A stretch of DNA of 14,835 nucleotides from Phycisphaerales bacterium (lineage in GTDB: Bacteria; Planctomycetota; Phycisphaerae; Phycisphaerales; SM1A02): positions 1 to 14,835 of the forward strand of contig DASZQE010000480.1 of NCBI GenBank assembly GCA_035550175.1, written 5' to 3'. The notes below the pieces were generated by a model that was not told the origin of the DNA, made no database searches, and saw only the letters and a program-made list of their open reading frames with translations. Below, piece after piece: positions 8,030-14,367 of this stretch (position 1 is its first letter; every line of letters begins with the position of its first letter). Position numbers and translations under genes: made by a program.

Positions 8030-8530
8030 ATGAACGCACAACTTTCCGCGACACCGCTTGTCGGCGTGATCATGGGCAGCAAGTCCGACTGGGACGTCAT
8101 GAAACACGCGGACGAAACGCTTTCAAAATTCGATGTTCCCCACGAATGCCGGGTGTTGTCCGCGCATCGCACGCCGGCGCTCGCTCACGACTATTCAAGC
8201 ACAGCTCAGCAGCGCGGGCTCAAGATCATCATCGCTGCAGCAGGCGGCGCAGCGCACCTGGCAGGAGTCATGGCGGCTTCCACGCTGGTGCCGGTGCTCG
8301 GGGTGCCGATGGAATCTGCATCGCTCAAAGGGCTCGATTCTCTTTTGTCCACAGTTCAGATGCCCGGCGGGATTCCCGTGGGAACGCTGGCGATCGGCAA
8401 ACCCGGCGCCGTGAACGCGGCACTGCTTGCAGTGGCGATTCTGGCGCTTTCAGATGCGAACCTTTCCGCCAAACTCAAGGCTTTCCGTGAAGAGCAGGCC
8501 CGCAAAATTGCGGCCGAAACGCTCCCCTGA
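8030..8530 (+). CDS. purE: N5-carboxyaminoimidazole ribonucleotide mutase
   Basis: [16 protein letters not shown]...[11 protein letters not shown]...[28 protein letters not shown]...[13 protein letters not shown] is the canonical PurE sequence. 166 aa. Confidence 0.9.
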   Translation: MNAQLSATPLVGVIMGSKSDWDVMKHADETLSKFDVPHECRVLSAHRTPALAHDYSSTAQQRGLKIIIAAAGGAAHLAGVMAASTLVPVLGVPMESASLKGLDSLLSTVQMPGGIPVGTLAIGKPGAVNAALLAVAILALSDANLSAKLKAFREEQARKIAAETLP

Positions 8531-8545
8531 TTTGAGTCTCTCCAC

Positions 8546-9025
8546 ATGGATGTCCAAACTCTTGATTCGTACGAAGCGCAGGCCGGTGCGCTCGCACTGG
8601 CTATCGCCGGCCTGACGAATTCCGACCTCAACACACTGCCGTCTGGTGCGCCGGGGCAATGGACCATTCAGCAGAACATTTTTCACCTGCTGGACAGCGA
8701 TCTGGTCGCCTCGGACCGCATGAAGCGCATGATCGCGGAAGACAATCCCACACTGATCGCGTATGACGAGAATCGCTTCGTAAAGATTCTCAACTATGAC
8801 AAGCTCGACGTGCGCGCTGCTGCAGAACTTTTTCGATTGAATCGCAAATTGACCGCATCACTGCTCCGCCAGCAGCCCAATTCAGCCTTTGCACGCTCCG
8901 GGACGCACAACCAGCGAGGGAATCTGACCGTGGAGCAGCTCGTCACGGATTACATTCATCATGTGAATCACCACATGGAATTCGTCCGAAAAAAACGGGC
9001 GCTGCTCGGCAAGCCGATGGCGTGA
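8546..9025 (+). CDS. DinB/YfiT-like (DinB_2) family protein, putative metal-dependent enzyme
   Basis: 159 aa with the His-containing helix pattern (IFHLLDSD...YIHHVNHH) typical of the DinB four-helix-bundle superfamily. It starts 15 nt after purE in the same orientation. The family call rests on the motif pattern only. Confidence 0.5.
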   Translation: MDVQTLDSYEAQAGALALAIAGLTNSDLNTLPSGAPGQWTIQQNIFHLLDSDLVASDRMKRMIAEDNPTLIAYDENRFVKILNYDKLDVRAAAELFRLNRKLTASLLRQQPNSAFARSGTHNQRGNLTVEQLVTDYIHHVNHHMEFVRKKRALLGKPMA

Positions 9026-9030
9026 ACCAC

Positions 9031-9074
9031 TTCGCACAAAAGAAAGCGAGCCGGAAGATCACCTTCCGGCTCGC
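9031..9074. terminator. Intrinsic terminator hairpin between convergent genes. It mainly serves the minus-strand SPFH gene.
   Basis: Perfect 12-bp stem gcgagccggaag (9046-9057) / cttccggctcgc (9063-9074) with loop atcac. The U-tract is on the minus-strand side (revcomp of 9031-9045 = TTTCTTTTGTGCGAA). The plus side is followed only by an A-rich stretch. Confidence 0.6.
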
Positions 9075-9086
9075 GGAAAATCAAAC

Positions 9087-10223
9087 TCACGAATCATCCT
9101 GATCCTTCCGGATCAATCCTCGCAGATGCTCGAGCATGTCGCCTGACCCGAACACGAACGAGGCCTTGGCTCCGGCCAGCATGGACTGGAGCATCTCCAG
9201 TTCCTTCAACCGAGCCAGCGAAGGATTCTCGGCAAGCAGCTTGGCGGTGTTGGCCTGGCTGCGTGCCGCTGCGGTCTCCTCACGCCGACGAATGAGGTTG
9301 GCCTCTGCCTCCTTCTGCGCGGTGATCACCTGGTTCAGGATCGACTTCATGTCGCCCGGCAGAATGATGTCACGAAGCCCGATGCTGCGAACTGCCACAC
9401 CGAACTCCGCTGCGCGCGACGCCAGCGCGTTACGAACCTCGTTGCCGACGGACTCCTTGTCCGCAAGCAGAGCGTCGATTGTCCGGGCGCCGACTGCGGC
9501 CCGCAGCACGAGCTGCGATTCCCGATACAGCGATTGCGCATAGTCGGCCGCAACGGTGACCGCCTTCACAGCATCCGTCACTTGATACGTGACCACCAGA
9601 TTCACACGCAGCGTCACCTTGTCCGCCGTCATGATCTCCTGGCCTGCAACATCCGCAGTCTGTTCACGCCGATCAACCTGCACAACGCGCACGCGCTTGA
9701 CGTTCCGCCAGAACGCATGCTTTCCAGTGGACACCCGACCGTTCAACTCGCCGTCAACCGTCAAGATCGCTTCCACATGCGGCTCGACCTCCACAACCTC
9801 GATGAACGCTCGCGCATCCGGATGCTGCAGCACAGCGTCCAGTCGCTTGTGCGAAAACCGAAGCTCACTGGCATCGAACACCTCGATACGCAACGTGTAC
9901 GGCGTCTTCCAGAATGCGTGCCGTCCCGGCCCGAGAATCGTGAACAACCGGTCATTCCGCCACACCAGCGCACGCTGCGTGTCGGTCAGTTCAACCACCT
10001 CGATGTCCGCCAACATCTCCGGGCTCGCGCCGCTCAAGATCGTCTCAAGCCGCGCGTGCTCGACCCTTGTCGCCAGCGTGTTCACCACGTCCACCACGCA
10101 CCGCTGCCGGCTCCACAAACGGCTCCACAGCCGGTACTTCCCCGGCTCCAGAACTGCGAAGAAGTCTCCGTGCCGAAACAGCAACCCACGCTCATGCTTA
10201 TGCACCCGTACAGAAAGAACCAT
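9087..10223 (-). CDS. SPFH/band-7 (stomatin/HflK-like) family protein, apparently soluble, with a triplicated N-terminal SPFH lead segment
   Basis: The C-terminal ~200 aa are a clear SPFH domain (...KVTLRVNLVVTYQVTDAVKAV...TIDALLADKESVGNEVRNAL...FGVAVRSIGLRDIILPGDMKSILNQVITAQKEAEANLIRRREETAA...). The N-terminal ~180 aa hold three tandem copies of the E.G..FR.G....L.PG.H.FW motif that normally opens an SPFH domain. No hydrophobic TM segment is seen. Confidence 0.8.
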   Translation of the reverse strand: MVLSVRVHKHERGLLFRHGDFFAVLEPGKYRLWSRLWSRQRCVVDVVNTLATRVEHARLETILSGASPEMLADIEVVELTDTQRALVWRNDRLFTILGPGRHAFWKTPYTLRIEVFDASELRFSHKRLDAVLQHPDARAFIEVVEVEPHVEAILTVDGELNGRVSTGKHAFWRNVKRVRVVQVDRREQTADVAGQEIMTADKVTLRVNLVVTYQVTDAVKAVTVAADYAQSLYRESQLVLRAAVGARTIDALLADKESVGNEVRNALASRAAEFGVAVRSIGLRDIILPGDMKSILNQVITAQKEAEANLIRRREETAAARSQANTAKLLAENPSLARLKELEMLQSMLAGAKASFVFGSGDMLEHLRGLIRKDQDDS

Positions 10224-10303
10224 GATTCACCTGCCTTGTCTGCGGCTCATCGCCGCACTTCAACTTCAAACTCGTGCCCGGCGGCCGGAACGTGCTCCCC
10301 GGA

Positions 10304-11131
10304 TCAGTCCAGGAACGCAACATTCCGCATCGCCGCCGCCAGCGTCTCCGTGTTCATGACCACTTCGTGCCAACCGTTCAGCACGATGGTCTTGTGATCC
10401 GGATGCCGGACCCGGCCTCGCACAAACACCTGCGGATTCCGACGCATCGTGGACCAGCGAACGGTTCCTCGAAGTTTCGGATTCGCATCAATCCACTCGC
10501 GGTATTCCGATGCCGTCAGGCCGTTCGGACGAACATGGCTGACATACACCGTTTCACCGCCGATGCGGACCGCGAATTCCGCCCAATGCGCCTTGCCGCG
10601 ACCGCGAGCAAGCGGCTCATTGGCCCGAATGTGCGCTGCATCGACCTTCAGGCCCGGCCGCGGAACAAAGAACCATTCACCCTGACGGACAAATGCCTCG
10701 TTCTTCCGCAACTGGCGATCCCGCATCCGCACAGCCGCCTGCGACTGCGCTTCAAGAACCGCCGTGGGCTTCAGGGCTTCCATTGCGGTGCGGACCGTGC
10801 TCACGCTCGTCGCCGACTCCGGAATCGCCGCAACAAACCACGCTCGCTCGTCGTGCCCGCACAGGAACTTCTGCTTCGGCGCTTCGGACAGTTGTCCGAA
10901 ATTTCGCTGACGCACCATCAACAGAAGGTGGCGATCACGCGGCTGGACATCCAGCACATCCATCGTGATCAACCGTCGAGTGTCCACCATCAGATGGTAG
11001 AACTCTCCGTGGCGATCCTTCACGACGTCGATGCGGTGCGCCCAATTCGCCTGCCACAATTCTCGTGCCGGCTCAACAAGCACTCGCGCGCCCATGCGCG
11101 CAAACTTCACCTTGACATGTTCAAACTGCAT
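10304..11131 (-). CDS. Hypothetical protein (275 aa), no recognisable family, soluble
   Basis: Long ORF with genome-typical G/C3 codon bias. The ATG at 11129-11131 is preceded by AAGG 7 nt upstream. The ORF track starts 2 codons earlier at a TTG (11135-11137). It ends 80 nt before the SPFH gene in the same orientation, so is likely co-transcribed. No motifs recognised by eye. Confidence 0.5.
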   Translation of the reverse strand: MQFEHVKVKFARMGARVLVEPARELWQANWAHRIDVVKDRHGEFYHLMVDTRRLITMDVLDVQPRDRHLLLMVRQRNFGQLSEAPKQKFLCGHDERAWFVAAIPESATSVSTVRTAMEALKPTAVLEAQSQAAVRMRDRQLRKNEAFVRQGEWFFVPRPGLKVDAAHIRANEPLARGRGKAHWAEFAVRIGGETVYVSHVRPNGLTASEYREWIDANPKLRGTVRWSTMRRNPQVFVRGRVRHPDHKTIVLNGWHEVVMNTETLAAAMRNVAFLD

Positions 11132-11465
11132 ATACAAACCTTGCTTTCAAATCTCAGATTCACTCGAAAAATGCGTACCCAGAGATGCGACGCGAGAATG
11201 GCCGCACGGCTGCGACGGAGCCGGACTTGAGACGAGCGCAGTGACCGCGCGTATGCATTGACATCCGCATGCGCCCCCGCGTGCAATGCTTCAATCAACC
11301 AGTGGCGCAGTCGCCTCGTCGAGATCCATCCGGCTGCATGGCCGCGTTCGTGCCGTCGGTGTTCGTCGCCTCATGCACAGGCCATGAAGCTCTGGCGAAT
11401 CCGACTGGCTATTGGTCGTGTCGTCACCCTTGGGCCGCGCTGTGCGATTGCTCGCTTTCCGTTCT

Positions 11466-11492
11466 TCAACGGATGAGGATTCGAACCTCAAG
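11466..11492 (-). pseudogene. tRNA 3'-end fragment: T-arm plus acceptor 3' strand only
   Basis: The minus-strand reading TGAGG-TTCGAAT-CCTCA-TCCGTTG is a perfect T stem-loop with GGTTCGAATCC consensus plus a 7-nt acceptor strand. No matching 5' half, D arm or anticodon arm lies within 70 nt. It sits 17 nt downstream of the intact tRNA. An adjacent small hairpin (ccgttcttcaacgg) is at 11459-11472. Confidence 0.35.
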
Positions 11493-11508
11493 CTTTGCAG
11501 CTTTGCCT

Positions 11509-11585
11509 TGGGTTGTCGGACGGGATTTGAACCCGTCACCCACGGTTTATGAAAACCGTTGCTCTAACCACTGAGCTACCGACAC
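11509..11585 (-). tRNA. tRNA with CAU anticodon (elongator Met or lysidine-type Ile2), with non-canonical features
   Basis: Minus-strand sequence GTGTCGG-TA-GCTC-AGTGGTTA-GAGC-A-ACGGT-TTTCATAA-ACCGT-GGGTG-ACGGG-TTCAAAT-CCCGT-CCGACAA-C-CCA. D arm, T arm (GGTTCAAATCC) and encoded CCA are canonical. The anticodon stem ACGGT/ACCGT leaves an 8-nt loop (TTTCATAA), or 6 bp with a 6-nt loop. Position 1:72 is G:A. Confidence 0.65.
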
Positions 11586-11729
11586 AACTGAACGATGCCG
11601 TCTCGATGCTGTTCACGGAACACGCACGCCCGAATTGAATTGGGCACGCGCGCCGCCAGCCGACATCGGCCATGTGCATATGAATTCCTTTGCATGCTTT
11701 GTTGTCTCCTTCTGCTCAAAAACGCCTGA

Positions 11730-11777
11730 AATTCAGCCAAAAACAAACAACCCCGAGGACCTGGGCCATCGGGGTTG
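11730..11777 (-). terminator. Rho-independent terminator (minus-strand orientation), ~330 nt downstream of the yhhQ stop
   Basis: 9-bp stem caaccccga (11748-11756) / tcggggttg (11769-11777) with a 12-nt loop. The minus-strand side is followed by TTTGTTTTTGGCTGAATTT (revcomp of 11730-11747). Confidence 0.5.
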
Positions 11778-12109
11778 CAGAATGATCCGTTGAAGAATCC
11801 TGCCGCTACCTCGGTGACGCCCCAGATTCCAATCCGCTCAGCGTGCAGCCCACGACCGGTTCCGCCACGTCGGCGGCCGGCGAGCGCATGGCTCTTGCGT
11901 CGGAAATCTCACATCGAAAATTGTGATATGTGCGTATCACCATGCAACCGCTCCGTCGGCGAACACTCGCCAAAAGGTCGAGGAAGATATCACTCAACAC
12001 GTCACCGTCAAGCAACATTCCACCAATTTACAACAATTTTATTACATCCGATGATCCGCATGAACGGAATGGATATTCGCATGCTGTCTCACCCGCATGC
12101 GTGGAACCA

Positions 12110-12883
12110 TCAACTTTGCTCTTTCGCAGCAGTCCGTTCGATCATCTCTTCCGACTCGCGTCTGCCAAGCCAGGCGTCAATCAATCCATGCACGATGTAC
12201 AGCACGGGTGTCACCATGACCGCCACGCCGAGCTTGAATGCATAACTGCTCGTTCCTCCCACAAGATACGTGTGGAAGTTGTACTCGCTGGATATGTAGC
12301 CGAGTTTCCACGGCAGGTACAAACCAATGAATTGCACAATGAATGTATCGATCAGTTGACTCACCGCGGTCGATCCTTGCGCTCGCAGCCACAGCCACTT
12401 GTGCCCGGTCGCTCTCCGCAACGCCCAGAACACCGTGACATCCACAAGCTGCGAAACCAGGAACGCGACAATCGATCCCACAATGATCCATTGCGATTGA
12501 AAAAACACCTGGTTGAAAGCGCTGTCTTGCACCGGCGAAATGCCGGCCGCTCGAATGCTTCGAGTGGCGAACAGCGCGAGATAGGCATACGCAATCATCG
12601 CCGCTCCAAGCAGGCTCAATCGGCGCACGCCTGCTCGTCCAAAATACTCGTTGATGATGTCCGTCATGATGAACACGGCCGGCCAGATCAGCACGCCCAC
12701 GCTCAGGATAAATCGGAAGCCGGAAAGCTGAAACTCAAACAGCTTCCCGCCGATCAACTCGGCAAGGATGGCGTTGCTGAGAAAGAAGCCCGCAAGCATG
12801 ATGAACAGCAATTGTCGCTTGCGCTCATCCTGCCCCTCCGAGTGCCCATGTTCGTGCGAGGTGTGACTGTGCGTCATGCTCAC
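12110..12883 (-). CDS. yhhQ: Queuosine-precursor (preQ1/preQ0) transporter, YhhQ/DUF165 family membrane protein
   Basis: Multi-TM protein with the conserved ...WPAVFIMTDIINEYFG... segment, as recalled for YhhQ (COG1738). His-rich N-terminus (MSMTHSHTSHEHGHSEG). GTG at 12881-12883 per the ORF track, or ATG two codons later at 12875-12877. Confidence 0.65.
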   Translation of the reverse strand: MSMTHSHTSHEHGHSEGQDERKRQLLFIMLAGFFLSNAILAELIGGKLFEFQLSGFRFILSVGVLIWPAVFIMTDIINEYFGRAGVRRLSLLGAAMIAYAYLALFATRSIRAAGISPVQDSAFNQVFFQSQWIIVGSIVAFLVSQLVDVTVFWALRRATGHKWLWLRAQGSTAVSQLIDTFIVQFIGLYLPWKLGYISSEYNFHTYLVGGTSSYAFKLGVAVMVTPVLYIVHGLIDAWLGRRESEEMIERTAAKEQS

Positions 12884-12989
12884 TGCGCCTCATCCGCCCT
12901 TCACGGACACTGTACCGCTCTCGTCGAGCGCGCACCAACAACGCCCCGCTTCTGCGAAGTAATTCAATTCACCATCGACGCGAGCTTGA

Positions 12990-13544
12990 TCACGCCCGGC
13001 TGTTATAACTGCCGTCCGTCGTGCTGATTCGCACGACTTCGCCCACGGAAATAAACGGTGGCACACGGGTCTTCAAGCCCGTTTCAAGCGTGGCTTCCTT
13101 CAACTGGTTGGTCGCAGTCGCGCCCTTGATGCCCGGCGGCGTGTCCACAACTTTCAATTCCACCACGCTCGGCAGTTCCATCGACACTGCCCGGCCGTCG
13201 CAGAACAGCACGATGACTTCCGTGTTGGGTTTCACGTAACCCATGAACTCGCCGACCAGTTCGTTGGGCAGCGTCACCTGCTCGTAGGTCTCCTGGTCCA
13301 TGAACACATGGCCGGACGACTCGCTGTACAGGTATTCCATCTGCCTGCGGTCAAGATCAACCTGCTCGACTTCTTCACCGGATCGCAGACGTTTTTCGAT
13401 CGTCGTGCCGTTCACCACGTTCTTGATCTTGATCGAAACGAACGCGCGCAAGTTGCCCGGCGTGACGTGAGTGAACTGCGTGATCACAAACATGTTTCCG
13501 TCGAGCTTGATAGCCATTCCCGGCCGAAGATCGGTCGATTTCAC
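12990..13544 (-). CDS. efp: Translation elongation factor P
   Basis: 184 aa aligning along its whole length to EF-P (LRPGMAIKLDG..., ...YLYSE..HVFMDQETYEQV..., ...VELKVVDTPPGIKGATAT..., ...GSYNSRA). GTG start with AGGAG 7 nt upstream. The loop that carries the modified Lys/Arg in characterised EF-Ps reads TPGNLRAF here. Confidence 0.9.
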   Translation of the reverse strand: MKSTDLRPGMAIKLDGNMFVITQFTHVTPGNLRAFVSIKIKNVVNGTTIEKRLRSGEEVEQVDLDRRQMEYLYSESSGHVFMDQETYEQVTLPNELVGEFMGYVKPNTEVIVLFCDGRAVSMELPSVVELKVVDTPPGIKGATATNQLKEATLETGLKTRVPPFISVGEVVRISTTDGSYNSRA

Positions 13545-13647
13545 AACAACGCTCCTGTATCGATTCCGGGTCGATTCACCGCAAAAGCGGAGTCAAACCG
13601 GCAAAAAGGCCATCATAACAGCCCCTCCCGCCTCCCGGCAAGGCACA

Positions 13648-14358
13648 ATGAGACTCATGGCCGATGTCCCCGGATCAGACCTGCTCTCCATTTTCAGCAT
13701 CATTCGCATGCCGCCCGGGCTGACCGACCACGAATTCGCACAGGTCATCTCGAGATCGTCGCAGCTCGACATCTACAACGTGCGCATGGCGTGCCCGCTT
13801 GTCCCGCCGCAGGTGCTGGGTCTTGTGCCGCGCAGTCTTGCGCTGAAAACGATCGCAGCACTTTCACAATACGATGGCGACGCCTTCGCGCCGACACTCG
13901 AAGACATCATCCGCCTCGGGCCGTCGATTCGCTTGAAATCGATGAAGCCTGCGGGCGAGGTTCTGCAGTGCCAGCTCTGGCGAGCGCCCAACTACGCGAT
14001 TCCGGTGAAAACGATCCGTGTCGTCGTGCGGGCCATGAAGTTCAACACGCTCGACATTCACACGTCGGATCATCGTGTGTTTCAAGTCGGCGCTGACAAG
14101 TTCAACTTTGATGGACTGGGCGCAGCACGCGGCTTGTCCGAGAACGCCAACCTCAACGCCCTCTCCGCACTGCTCACATCCCTCGCGCCCGATGCAATCA
14201 TGGATGACTTCTTTCCCCTGTGGAAGCCGCACACCATAATCCAGAAGCTCAAACTTCCCGGCATGACGCTCAATAACGAAGACCCGGCATTCGCGTTTTA
14301 CTCACGCTGGGTTGTGCTTATGTACCTTCACATCAACAGCACGTCGCCCGCCGTGTGA
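13648..14358 (+). CDS. Hypothetical protein (236 aa), no recognisable family
   Basis: Start chosen at the ATG at 13648 (AAGG 5 nt upstream), because the ORF-track start at 13471 would overlap efp by 74 nt. It is divergent from efp. No signal peptide, no TM, no recognised motifs. Confidence 0.45.
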   Translation: MRLMADVPGSDLLSIFSIIRMPPGLTDHEFAQVISRSSQLDIYNVRMACPLVPPQVLGLVPRSLALKTIAALSQYDGDAFAPTLEDIIRLGPSIRLKSMKPAGEVLQCQLWRAPNYAIPVKTIRVVVRAMKFNTLDIHTSDHRVFQVGADKFNFDGLGAARGLSENANLNALSALLTSLAPDAIMDDFFPLWKPHTIIQKLKLPGMTLNNEDPAFAFYSRWVVLMYLHINSTSPAV

Positions 14359-14367
14359 ATCTTCAAC

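Noticed and set aside
7278-8054. Long form of the flavin-reductase ORF starting at 8054, and plus ORFs 7404-7787 and 7447-8010
   Set aside because: The 8054 start overlaps the divergent purE start codon region by 25 nt and adds a non-conserved leader. The internal ATG at 7940 begins exactly where the conserved flavin-reductase domain starts. The plus ORFs are antisense shadows.
9136-11230. Plus-strand ORFs 9136-9543, 9534-10397 (287 aa), 9589-10359 (256 aa), 10274-11230 (318 aa), 10449-10685, 10693-10968
   Set aside because: Antisense to the SPFH and 275-aa minus-strand genes. Translations are Arg/Ser/Thr/Pro-rich and low in Lys/Glu/Asp, as expected for the wrong strand of GC-rich coding DNA. 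The minus-strand products have clear domain (SPFH) or protein-like composition.
11107-11574. Small ORFs 11107-11298 (-), 11258-11476 (+), 11269-11574 (+), 11291-11539 (-)
   Set aside because: They overlap the tRNA and tRNA fragment or lie in the non-coding flank. No RBS, and composition typical of random GC-rich frames.
12884-12989. Possible preQ1 riboswitch in the yhhQ leader
   Set aside because: No P1 hairpin followed by an A-rich tail was found in the 106-nt leader read on the minus strand. Only a trivial 4-bp hairpin (CUUC-GCA-GAAG) is present.
11775-13027. Plus ORFs 11775-12245 and 11930-13027 (365 aa), minus ORFs 12177-12491 and 12361-12594
   Set aside because: 11930-13027 is antisense to the YhhQ transporter gene, which has a coherent multi-TM product. 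The others are embedded alternative frames.
13021-14273. ORFs 13021-13239 (+), 13308-14096 (+, 262 aa), 13471-13647 extension of the 236-aa gene, 13773-13991 (-), 13864-14232 (-), 14082-14273 (-)
   Set aside because: 13308-14096 and the 13471 extension overlap the strongly supported efp gene. The others are antisense or alternative frames of the 236-aa gene.
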